Origin: Paraspadella gotoi
Lineage: Eukaryota; Animalia; Chaetognatha
Length of the DNA: 64,000 bases
Assembly: GCA_051294375.1 (NCBI GenBank)
Contig: CM119266.1
Span: forward strand, 15,931,596 to 15,995,595
Reading direction: 5' to 3'
Position numbers and translations under genes: made by a program. The notes beneath the pieces were generated by a model, which saw only the letters and a list, made by a program, of their open reading frames with translations, was not told the origin of the DNA and searched no databases. Shown here piece by piece: positions 25,587 through 38,900 of the stretch (within the stretch, counting starts at the first letter, position 1; each line of letters begins with the position of its first letter).

Positions 25587-27105
25587 ACAACTGAAAGTGT
25601 CATGATTCTAGGCGGGGTGAACCTAGGCAATGCCCGACTACAGAGAGAGACGTTGTGAAAAAGTTTTATAAAATAAACAAACAATAGACTATAAAAATAA
25701 AATGCAAAAAGTTAAAAAATAACAACAACAACAAATACGTATTTACATTGGCTGAAAAAGGTCAGCCATAACAAGGTCATTCTGTTTGGATACGAACGGT
25801 CATATCTTACTGACCACTACGGGTCACCAAGTACAAAGACTTCGTCGTCGTCTTCGTTATTATATTCGTTGTCGTCGTCGTCTTTGTTCAAATCATTTGA
25901 GCTCCCAAAACGCAATGAAATTACCGGAGATGACTATTCAAATTATTATTTAGAGAAAAATAGATTTGAATTGTTTTTCAACAAATTATAATTAGACAAT
26001 TTGTTAGTCGGACATGTTTTGACTCTTTAGTTAGAGTCTTCATCAGCGTTTTGGACAATCAATAAGTTTTTCTTTTAACATTAAGTTAGAGAGAGAGAGA
26101 GAGAGAGACAGAGAGAGTTTCTAAAGACTGTTTCTCAAGTTACCTCAATTTTTCGCTCACAACTTCGTTCATCGATTCGTTTATCAATTATTCATAACTT
26201 CGAAATACAAAGACATTTTTCTACAGCGTCGTCGGTTGTTAGTGGTGGCATCATTAACGGAAGTGGAGTCCGAGGAGTGGTTCAAATTTAAATGTTGCTA
26301 TTCTGGCAAACGAATCGTATTTCTTATTTCTCCTCCCTCCCTTTCTCCTCTTATTTTCCTCTCTCTCTCTCTCTCTCTCTCTCCCTTTCTCTTTTCTGTC
26401 GGCGTTCCCGGACCCCAGGCGTATCCCCACCCCAGTTAAGTTGGAGGACAGAGAGAGAAAGAAAAAGAAAGAAAGAAAGAGAGAAAGGAGAAGATTAGAT
26501 TTAAATTTTAAAAAACTACGCTCCATTTCTTCTCAATTTTTTTAAACCAATAGTTGATGTAGATTTCGTAACTCGATAGTTAAAATAGATTTTTCAACTC
26601 AATTAGTTCAAAAACTCTGAAAGAACTTTTGTCGTAGCGAATTTTGAAGTAATAGAATAAGCAACAGTGCGTTGTGCTTAATGACAGAGAGATAACTATT
26701 CCAAATCGATTTTTAAAGTCAAGAATGACCTAAAGAATCCAACAAGACACAAAAAAGTATTAATTTTTACAGTTAGAAATCAATGGTTTAAGAAAGGCGT
26801 TTCGTAGACACTGCCGTTAACAGCAGTCGACTCGATAAATCTTGATAAAAGGCAAGCTATTCTCAAACGAATGTAGGTGGGCAAAAAGTAGACTTTCACG
26901 TTAATGAATTTGTTTTCGTTCTCATTTTTTAAAAAAATTTATATTTCTAACGAATTCTTTTTGGATATTAGCTCGTAAATTAAAAGTTCATTTTTTTCCT
27001 TTCTGTGGATTTTTTCGAGAGTTTTACCTCAGAAAAGTTTACAATAGATCAAAACAGTTTATCCTGAGAGAGACGAGTGATGGTCTTCGATTTTGACGCC
27101 AACAC

Positions 27106-27151
<46 letters not shown>

Positions 27152-29017
27152 GAAAGAGAGAGAGAGAGAGAGAGAGAATGAAAAATGACGCAATGACGGA
27201 GAAGGAAAGGAGGCAGATCAAGAAAAATAGAGAAAATAAAAAAGGTTCCACTTCTACGCACTCAAAATTGTTAGCGGGAAAATTCAGGTCAAAACTCAGA
27301 GGGAAGAGTTTCGAAGGGACAATAATGAAGCGCGGGAGAAGATACGACTGGAAGGGGAAACGAAAGGAAAAGAGTGGATGGTGGGAGATATAAAAATGTA
27401 AACAAAGATAAAGTAGTCCTTGGAAAATAGTAAGAGGTAGAAATGTAAATTGATAAAATAAATGGAGAGAAAAAGCATAAAAATAGAAGAGTTTTTGTCT
27501 AATTAAACCTCGAGGGCGGCGCCTTTATTTCTTATCGTGTTTTGCCATCACACGTTACTACTTGACATTGTATATTCCTTATCGAAAAAACTTTTCTTAC
27601 CTCCCTCTTAATTTTACCACAAAACATGAATTCTTTTCCTTTTTTTCTTTTTTTTTCCTCATTCATTAAAAGAAAATGAAAGGAAGAAAAAAAATTTCAC
27701 GACCTGAATTTTTTCGTTCGAGAAAAAATTTTCAGGTTGGAAGGTTTTAATTTTTTTTTCCTCGTGTCCCCTCTTCTTGGAGTTGTTCCCGCCAACACCT
27801 CCCTGCCACACCCTCATTTACTTTATACGTACACTATCTTGTAAGTTCAAAGTCCCGTTAAAATAAACCTTCCTGATGCTATGGCTTTCATCATTTGGTA
27901 CCCATTCGGTAGTTTCATCATTTGGATCTATTATCCCTCTAATAAATGTCACAATACTCTTTAAACTATGAGAGGATTGCTTAAGTACCACACCGTTATC
28001 ATTTCATTAATCTATTTTGGAACACTACTAATTTTTTCACAAGTTTCGCACGAATTCCTCTTAGTTTTTCATTCTATTTTAATTTTATTCTATCCAATTT
28101 TCACCGGTCTCACGGTGTCCCCCTCTCACTCTTCTCTCTTTATCCCCTTCTCACAATTCCCCCATTCTTCCATCATCTCGTATGCGACGTCTACCTTTGA
28201 AAACATTCGGAAATTAATGGAGGCCTTAAATACATCATCAACACCTTTTTTTTATTCCAACGAGAAAAAGAAAGAGGAGGAGGAGGAGGAGGAGGAAGAG
28301 GAGGAAGAAGAAATATAGAATGAGCGGAGAAGCAACAAATGAAAGAAGCTAAGGACGTCTTGATCTCAACGATTTCTTAGATATATTTCGCAAACCTATA
28401 ATTAAAATATTCCTTTACGATACTCAGAAGTATTGGTACAACCAATATAAAAATTATCCATTCTTCTAATAAATAGGCTATCTTGCCACTGACTTTGGAC
28501 AGGCTTTGGTGGTTTAAGGCCTCCATCACTCTTACAAGATAATGACATAACAGGTCCCTGCAAGCTTTCAATCAAGACTCTCTCACAGTCTCGTTTATTC
28601 AGTCCCAGAGTACCTGGCTTCCCTATCAATAATCAATGATTAATTATCAATGATCAGTGATATCAATTATTTTTAAAACAAGCTAAAACTGGCTAGAAAC
28701 AACGGTTACAAATTTGTACTAATCCTATGGATTCTTAAAATGACAACTACGTATTTAAAGCGTTCTTCATTAGTGATAATTATAACGCGATTTGACCTCT
28801 AAACAGTTCTGATCTAATTTTTGATAAGTTGTAAAGAGTCAAAATAAAAATATCACGACTCAAAAGGTCATTGCAGCAGCCCTTACGCTTCGCCCCCCCC
28901 CTCTAATCCGAAATGAAAAAAAAATCCAGGTGGAGGATTTCTTCACGAGTTATTCGAATCTTAAACGTTCGAGAATGTTTCGAATCACGGGCCGACGAAA
29001 CCAGCTGCTACTTGGCG

Positions 29018-29053
<36 letters not shown>

Positions 29054-29789
29054 TCTCTTTTTTTCTCCCTTGATAATTTTTCCAATCCTGTAAACTGAGT
29101 CAAATTAATGTAACGAGAGCCATGTCCGATCGAGCGATGGTCGATGATGAGTGGACGCTGAGACTCGTTCGAAGTTTACGTTAACATTTCCGTGAAAAAA
29201 AAAAGAATTGTTTCGAAACTAGTTCTTACCATTCTTCTCCTGTCGTTAACCCTCTTGCGTAAACCTTATGAAACATTTTGAAGGTGAATAGTGTGGTTAA
29301 AATTGTAAAGTTCAAAAGTTGAAACTAAATCGGAACCCCTGGGAAGGTTGTGCGGGATCAAGCGGGTGAGGAAACTGTCGATTACGAAATCCAAGAAATC
29401 AAAGAAACTTTTGTTTTAAAGAGAAAATCTTTTTTTACTTTCTCCCGGTTTATGACTGGAAATCATTTTTCATATCCATCTGGCGACTGGGAGGGAGGAA
29501 TACCTGAACAAAAAATATAAAGTAAAACAGAGGCGAAGAAATAGTAGAAGGAAAAACGAAAACCAACAAAAATGGAAGAATATAAAGTAAAACGCCCTCT
29601 CCTGGAACTAATATTCGCCTCAAATATATTTTTTCATTTTTACATCCTCTTTGTTCCCGAGTTATACTGAATTTTGTTACTTTTTTTAATAAGATGAAAA
29701 CAAAAGGTGATGATGGCAAACTCTTGGAAACAGACCGAAATAATGGAATAATAGTTTAATAAGAAAAATTTAAAAAAACGAAAGTAAAA

Positions 29790-29799
29790 AGAAAGAAAT

Positions 29800-29835
<36 letters not shown>

Positions 29836-29970
29836 AAAGAAAGAAAGAAAAGAAAGAAAGAAAGAAAGAAAGAAAGAAAAGAAAGAAAGAAAGAAAGAAA
29901 GAAAGAAATGAATAAATGAATGAATGAATATGAATGAAATGAATGAATGAATGAATGAATGAATGAATGA

Positions 29971-30048
<78 letters not shown>

Positions 30049-30057
30049 AAGAAAGAA
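29790..30057. repeat. Compound (AAAG)n/(GAAT)n microsatellite
   Basis: Directly visible. It is one of dozens of (GA)n/(AAAG)n tracts in the window, which generate most of the spurious SL/ER/FLSF ORFs in the track. Confidence 0.95.
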
Positions 30058-32127
30058 GAGGTATCAACTATCTCGATTACGGGATCTGAGGTGTAAATCG
30101 TTTCAGTATCGAATCATCATCGTCGAAAGGGAACACGTCGATTCGCCTCCCCCCTCGCCCACCCCCCTCGACTACCCCCCCTCACCTTCCCCCCTCGCCC
30201 GCCCCCCTCGCCTACCCCCTCACCTCGGCCCGCGATCTCCCTCTCTGACGTTTCTCCCCAAACAATCGGTCAGCCTCAACCCCCCAGCCTCTACTTTCAT
30301 TTATTTCTAATTTCAATATTAAATACAAATCTATTTTTTAAAATTTTGGTTATTTGGTTTTGATTTTCGTCGATTATTAATTACATTCCCAAAATACTTC
30401 AGAAATCCTCTAACGACCAACTCATGAACTCACACCTCACAATCGCATCCTGGAATCTCAGAAGGTAAAACAGATTATCTCAGCCGCCGCCGAGAAAAAG
30501 AGAGGGGAAGGCGAAGGAGACAGGGATGGTCGGTTAACAGGGACTAGGTTTACGAATGAAACAAATGCGGAGGGGGCGAAATACGGCCTTTTTGAAGAAG
30601 ATATAAAATCGACCAAAAAAAACAAAAGCGGCGTCTTTATTCATTTGCTCACTGGTCAGTTATCTTTGTAAGCGGAAGAGAAATTTGAAAGGTGAAAGAT
30701 TCAGTGCGGGGGTAAAAAGAAGGAATAAATAAACCACCCAAAAAAAAAGCATGTACGTAAATATTTTTTCTTTTTTGTTTTAAAACATTCGGAAAACAAA
30801 AACGTAACTCTAGAGACCGAAATTCAGGAAGATGTTTAAAGTTTTTTTTCCCCCTTTTTTTTTTATTTTCAACAAAGAGCGATTAGAGGAATCGCGTTTC
30901 AAAAATGAAGGCAAATATAGAACACGTGTATCCCACTCGAGGATAAAAAAAAAAACGCGGTTGCCGATTGGATGTCGGAGCTATATACATGACTATTGAC
31001 CAATGATTATGATTATTAAATTTCACACAAAAACTGCCCTGTATAAGAATTAGTAGATATACTATTTAATCATCGGATATAAGTCTCTCTCCGGAAGAAG
31101 CTCTGAACCGTAGAGATTATGAAATATTAAAAAAACGTCATCTCATCAAAGGATTATTAGTAGTAAAGAAAAAATTGTCACGGATGAACTATAGTAGATC
31201 TTCTTCCCCGAACAATTAGGTTTAGTCTTCGAAACTTCGTCGCACGAAATCCACTTTGACTTTTTCGTCGTAATTATCGTCGTCGCCGCCGTCGACATCT
31301 TTCTCCTCTTCGATTTTATTTCCCGCATTTGAAAAGTCTGATATAAAGTTCAAATACTAAGTAGGATATTTTTCGAAATGAACGTTATTTGAATGGGAAC
31401 TTTTTAGCCCCAGCTCCTGACCGGACCGACGCGAATCAATGTGGTCATCCCTCCTTCCCCATACTCCATTTAATCTCCTGTCGATAAATCAAAGGGCCTC
31501 GTTGATTCGGAAAAGAGCTCGCCACACGAAGATTCCCTGACCTCGCGCCATCAAGGCCAAAATATTTCCTGTTTTTAAATTCTTTTTAACTTACCTCTAT
31601 AACATTCCTCCCGTCCGTAGTGCAGCTTCCCTCTCACCTTTTCAACGTCTAACTCACCTTCGCCCCATCAACGTCTGATTGGGCAATCTCTTCCCGAGAT
31701 TCCTGACCCTGAAAAAAGAGAGACGCTTCATCGTCGCCCTACCCGCGATCCACCCCATTCAGTTAAAGGCGAAACTTTCCTCACCCACTCTCGATAAACG
31801 ATATCAAGAATGAGGCCATTAGCGCGATCACCACGCCATCTCAGACTCGCGTTCAACGTGAAATCGCGTTGGCGGCGACGGTGACGACGACGACGAAAAC
31901 GACGACGACGACGATTACGGGGCAGGTAAATGCTCCGAGACTCGACGGCGGCTGATTTTATGCAAAGTAGTTAACGGGATAGGGGGTGGGGGTGGAGAAC
32001 GATAAGGAGATAGTTCACAAAACGTAAAAAAGGAGTAAAAGAACTCTTGAAGCTGAACAGGCAAAAGGGAGCAGAGGTAAAAAAATAAAATAAAGAAAAA
32101 AAAAGTAGGAAATTAAAAAAGAAAGAG

Positions 32128-32180
<53 letters not shown>

Positions 32181-32935
32181 CAAAGAAACAAAGAAAGAAA
32201 GAATGAATGAATGAATAAAACAATAAAGAATAAAAAATATATATATATATGAAAAGAAAGAATGAATGAAATATACTTTATAATGATTCTTTCATTTATA
32301 ACTTCGTTGACCTTTTTTAGACTTTTTATTATGATTTTTTTTTCAATTTAATCATATTAACATATGCATATTATTGACATATTATTTTTTTTTAATTTTA
32401 ATTTTTTTTTATTCTTTAATCCTTTATTATAATAAATGATGATGAGTTGCCTAATGCCTATATCATATTTTTTCCCTGCGTCGATGAACAGCGTGGAAAC
32501 CGACGATGCCATCTCCAGAGGATGTTTCTTCGCGTGTCAGAAGCCAACGAATTTATTTCCTTTCGAGCGACACGCCGTACGAGACGATCCTCGTCATTGT
32601 ACGTTTGATAACTTTTTCTTGGAATTACGAAACGGATGTTCCGTAACCCTAAACATTTTTATTTTTTCGAAAAGAATTCGTACGTCCCTCAAATTGAAAA
32701 AAAAAAATTGTAATGACTGCATCGGCATGACAAACGCTATCTTCGGATAAAACCTTTGCGTGGGTAAATTCCTTCCTTTCGACGGAAACTGCCAATCGCC
32801 GTTGCAGCTTCTCTCTTGTTTATTTTCTCCTAGGAAACGAAAAGGGATGAAACGATTGAGACCACGCAAGGTCGCTGATTAAGAAACGTATTAAAAATGT
32901 TTTATTCTTATTCGTCAAAAACTATACGTATAAAT

Positions 32936-35900
32936 ATGATTATCGAGTTACTTGCGTTGGTGCTGCTTATCTCTCCCACGCGGTAAGTATGGTCAAATTC
33001 GAATAACGACGATATCTATTTAATTCGATTCTTATGAGCAAAAAAGCTATTTCGTGATTCTTTAGGTCCCAATTATGCCAGCGATCTGAATCCAGCAATT
33101 TTTACTTCATAACAATTCCGGAAAGCACAGCGGAACAGATCGCCAACGAGCGGCCTGGGGATGACATAGAGATCAATGGGAATCCCAATCCGGACATGGA
33201 TCCTAACATCAAACTCAAACTTCAATCCATGAGTTTTTCAGCTTTTTCTCCATCTGAGTAAGGAACTCACTTACTCTTAATGACAAACCTAATCTGTTCT
33301 CAAAACTATAAAAATAATCTTTACTTTTCAAGATATTGTTTTATAATGAAGAATAAGAATGAAAGTTGCAAAATTATATATAATAAACTATAATTATAAA
33401 TTATATATAATATAATTATATATGATAAGAATATTATATTACTATGCCTAAATTGTAAAAAAAAACATTATTTTATCATGCTAATTGGTGATATTATACT
33501 CAATTTGCTTTTTCTTGAGGATAATATTTTATGTCTCACCTTAAAAACTTGTTTCCGCTTTTAAGGTTTTTCAGTCTGACGTACATAGGCGCCACAGCAA
33601 AAATCGTCCTTATTAAGTCCATCGATCGCGAGGGAAATATTCAAAATAATCCAGCCGATGACATCACTGAAGCTTATCAGTTCGATTTATTGTGCGAATC
33701 AGTTGATGGAAAAACTTCCAAAAAATATGGTGTCTACGTTCAAATCACTGATAGAAATGACATTACCCCAGTTTTTCAGGTGTTAAGCAAGATTTTTTTT
33801 ATATTTTTCACTTTGTACTAGTCTATGACATAAAAGGTTAAAATTATTTTTTTGTTATATTTCAGATGCCAAAATACGAAATAGAAGTTGACGAACTGAT
33901 GGCAGTCGGTTCAATTATTTTCAGTGGAATCCAAGCGGAAGACTATGATTTGGATGAGAATGGAGATATAGACTACTCGATAAAAAGCTTTAGCGATCCG
34001 CCAAGGGATGGCAGCAAATATTTTGAACTTGTGACTCCGAAAAAAGGAGACATCAAAGTAAAAAACAAATTAGATTATGAAAGTATTTTAAGTCCAGAAA
34101 AAAGGTAACTATTTCGAATTTTATTTCTTTGTAAAATCAAACTTAAATTTCTTCATATGTTTTTTTTTATTTCATTTTAGCTATTTGTTGGTTATAGAGG
34201 CCTCTGATAACGCCAACAATGCGTCCGAACGATTGACTGCAACCACCACCGTGACAGTGACGGTGACAGATGCCGACGACCTGGGACCCAATTTCGTTGC
34301 AACAACAACTCGTTTGGAATGCGGAACTGTATCGAGCGGAGTCTGCGTCGATCCCATTTATTACGCCGACATCTTTCGCGACCAAAAACCGAATCCAGCA
34401 GAGGCGATCGCAGTCCTCAAGGCGGAGGATCGTGACACTGGCCTGGGAAGAAAGGCCGATCCTAATTACAAGATATTGGGCGCAGAACCGACGCAATGTA
34501 AATCATTTTTCCTTATGGATGAAAATAACGGCGAAATAAAGCAAGATAGATCTATTGGACGAGACGACATAAATAATTCCGATGAATGTATTTTGTACAT
34601 AGAAGCTAACGGACGAGATGATCATGAAATATTGGCGTTTGCAAAGATTGTAATTTCTGTATTACCGCAAGATCGAAATCTTCCTGAATTTCAAAATGAA
34701 CCTTATGTTGGGCAAATTTGGGAAAATCCTACCCAACAATATGTTACGAAAAAGGACTCGGAAGAGTTACTAAAAATATGGGCCATTGACCCTGACGATG
34801 ATTTATTTGATGAAAAAACTCAAATAATATACACACTCAGACCCAACATTTATTTCATGCTTACTAGTGAAGGATATTTAAAAGTATCTTCTCCGAAAGC
34901 GGCAAATCTTTTAGACTACGAGGCCATAAACACAAAAATTTTATTAACGATTGATGCAAATCAAAAAAATAAAGTGGCAAAACAAACAGCACAAATTGAA
35001 ATCACATTACTTCCTGTGAATGAGTTCAGTCCAGTATTTGATACTACCTTATATAAAAAGAATCTTGCAGAAAGCCGAGACACTGGTTTTAGTTCAATTG
35101 GCGCAGTTGAAGCCAAAGATATGGATAGAAATAGTCACCCACATGGAATTGTTAATTATGAAATCACATCAGTTACAAACAATGGAATGTCTAAGTTTGA
35201 AATAGATTCTAAATCTGGTGATCTCAGTTTTAAATATCCAGCTGATAGAGGAGAAAGTTATGCCGTAGTAGTTGCAGCAAGAAATGCTGACGGAAAAAGT
35301 GATTACTGTACAGTTGAAGTAAACTTTTTTCCTGGCTTTAATATTGGTCCTGCTTTCGAAGCCTCTGTCACGGAAATTACTCTTTCGGAATCTACCAAGC
35401 GTGGTACAAAAATATTTCAATTAAAAGCCAATGACCCTGATTCAGCAGACAATATTGAGTATGAAATTGTTACTGGAAATGATAATGGAATATTTGTAAT
35501 CGATTCCTTTGATAAAAAAGAAAGATTTTTAACTCTTGTAAAAAACTTGGATTTTGAAACTGATCGCCAACATGATTTGCTGATTAAAGCCTCCGATGGA
35601 GTACTAGAGGATGAGTTCAAACTGATTGTCTTTGTTACAGACACTAATGATAATGCTCCTGTTTTTTCTAAAAATAATTACGAATTTACAATAGCAGAAG
35701 ATGCACCAATCACCCGTCAAGTTGGCCGAACAGCTGCGACTGATATAGATTCTAATAATAATGGAGTAATAATTTATGAAATAGACAAAACAAACGTTCC
35801 ATTTCGAATATCCCAAACGGGCCATATCTATATAACAAGACAACTTGACTATGAAAACGAGAAAATTTATGATTTTATTGTAAGGGCAAATGATGGTGGT

Positions 35901-38900
35901 GAAAATAGTTACCTAAGTACAGCTTCTGTGACCGTTTTTGTTAAAGATATTTCAGATACACTCCCTCAATTTGTTAACAATTACTACAGTGGTGATATTT
36001 CAGAAAATCTTCGTAAAGGAGCTGAAACCATTGCGGTTGTTTCAGCTGTAGATCCTGACACAGTTCCCGAAATAACCTATAAAATATTAGCTGGAGCCGC
36101 TTCATCATTTGAAATTGACCGCACCTCGGGTAAAATCACCGCAGTACGTTCATTTGATTACGAAAAAGACCCAACAATAAACTTTTTGTTAGTGGGGATT
36201 GAAGAAAATCCATCTGCAACAGCCACCGTCGAAATTAATATTTTAGACACAAACGACTTGCCTCCTGTTTTCCAAAAAGATTCCTATTCCGGATCTTGCC
36301 GTGAATACGATCCACCAGGGAAACTTTTGACAACCGTGAAAGCTGTGGATCTGGACTCGATTACGGACGAGATCACCTACGAATTTTCCAATTTGAATCC
36401 GGATCCGGGACTTGAATTATTTTTTATTCAATCTACCACGGGAAAGATAAGAATTCGAAAAAATCTTAATGGTCAAGGGGGAAAGGCTTTCACGTTGACC
36501 GTGGTGGCAAATGACAATGGAGATCCTCCCTTGAATGGAACTGTAGACGTTTTAATAAAAGTTGATGCCGTTCCAGAAGGGCCTGTATTTTTAAAGAATC
36601 CTCCGGAATATTCCGTAGACGTTCCACAAGAACTTTTAGTTCCCAGAGTGGTAACTTCGGTAAAAGCCGAGGATAATTTTGCAATAGGAATCGTTAACTA
36701 CAAACTCGATGGCACTCCAGAGGCATTACCGTTTTTTGTCATTAGTCGCACAACCGGTGATGTTTCTTTAGTAAAATCAGTTAAGGCTGAAGAAACCACA
36801 TCTTATGTTTTGTATGTTCGATCTTACGATTCCGGCGCGACCGGCAGAGCATCAATAGCCATTCTCACTGTTAATATCATAAGAAATAGAAATAGACCAG
36901 TTTTCCCCCAAGCTGGGGCGGAACTGCAAAAGTCTATTTCTGAAGCAACTCCCATTGGTTCCATCATTTTCCATTTACCAGCGACTGATCTCGACACTGG
37001 AGACTCTGGAGTATTAAGATACAAATTAACTGGAAATAAAGATTCACTCGAATATTTTTATGCCAATCAAGAATCTGCTGAAATAATTCTGAAGTCTTCC
37101 CTCACAAGAGATAAATCCGTTTTCTTCCAAATAATTCTCACAGCCACTGACATGGGTAAACCTCAATTATCAGCGAGTGTTACATGCACTTTAATAGTGA
37201 AAAGAAACGAAAATTCTCCTCGCTTTGTCCCGTTTGACCGTCCACCAGTCAACATTAAGGAAGATATAGATAAAGACGCTTTCGTGGCAGTGATGTACGC
37301 TACTGATGATGATAATGATAATGTAATATATTCCTTATCTGGAGATGGAAACGCTTTGGAATATTTTAAAATAGATAATGTTACTGGACGTATAGAGGTT
37401 AAAAAGGATTTGCTTCTTGACACTTCGCGATTATACCGATTGCGCGTGAGAGCGTCAGATGATGGTGATATTCCCAAAAGCACAGAAACTGTATTGACAG
37501 TTGACGTTAATAGAAATCCTAATCCTCCAACAATCACTAAGGCTTTTTATACAGCAAATCTAGATGAACACGATGCTTTAAAAACCGAAGTCGCCACTGT
37601 TTCAGCCAATGACCCAGACAGAGGAAAAAGTGGAGAAATCTATTATGGAATCATTAAAGAAGGGACAAGTCATCAGTATTTTTTCATTCATCCGGACACG
37701 GGATTGATAATTCTAGCAAAATCTTTGGCCTCTGACCCTGCAAAATTGTCAGAATATAGATTCGACGTTTTGGCTTCTGACCGCGGAAATCCCGCCAAAA
37801 CCGCGATTGCAAAGGTTATCGTCAATGTAAACAGAAACGAATTCTCTCCCATATTTGAGAAAACACGGTATTCAATATCGGTTAAGGAAACCGTCGGATA
37901 TTTCACTCCATTAGTGACAGTAAGCGCCACTGACAATGATGCTGTTGGACCTAATAAAGTTGTCAACTATTATCTACAAGGCGCAGTGCCAGAGTCTGGA
38001 TTAGAGCTATTTCAAATAGACCCTCGAAACGGCCTGATATTCATCAAAAAACCTTTGACATCGACTGGAGATTTTCGATTCATTCTGAGCGTTTTGGCAA
38101 AAGACACGGGAATCCCTTCTCGATCCTCCACGACTGAAGTCGAGATTAAGGTCGAAAGATCCCCCGACAAATCGCCTTCCTTTGCAAAGCCCTACACGGA
38201 CCTCGATGTATCGGAAAAAATATCGATCGGTTCTGTAATTTTACGACTCGACGTTCTTAACAGACCCGTGACGCCGGGCAAACAGGTTCGGTGCGTGTTC
38301 ATCTCGGGAAACGACGCCGGTCACTTTTGGCTCGAGAGGCGAGACGACGACGCCTGTGAGCTCATACTTATATCAGCTCTGGACAGAGAAATGGAGGAAG
38401 AGTTTGAGTTGGAAATCGGTGTCTCTGAAGAAGGGATTGTCTCCGGTCGAACGGGAGAATCGAGACGGAGAAGAGCCGTCGATGAATTTTCCAAGACTGT
38501 GGTGAGGATCACTCTTCAAGACTTCAACGACTTTGAGCCCACCTTCGTGCTTGAGTCTCCTTCGTCGCCTACGCTACTCCGAAACCGCTTCTTCGCCGCC
38601 GTCGATCGCTACGCGGCGCCCTTCACTCACGTGATCACAATGGAAGCGCGGGACGACGACGCCGGATCCAACGGTCGCCTCGTCTTTGGTTGGTCTACAT
38701 CAACGCCGGCGGCCGACGCGATGTTCTTTCGCATTGATAAAGACTCAGGAAAGATCGAGACAAAGAAAGAGTTTGTAGGCTTTGAGGGGGACCAGTTCAA
38801 GCTGATGCTCGAGGTCAACGACAATCCATCCCCACCGATTGAGTTAAATGGGGCGCCCAAGATCGGCCGCGCCGAGTTGATCGTCAACCTGATTGACGAT

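Noticed and set aside
25628-25642. 15-mer caatgcccgactaca shared with 9733-9747 and its mirror at about 5090
   Set aside because: A few 15-mer matches are expected by chance in 64 kb, and the flanks do not extend.
31146-31328. Short minus-strand ORF with hydrophobic end (MSTAATTIITT...)
   Set aside because: No homology cue or supporting exon structure.
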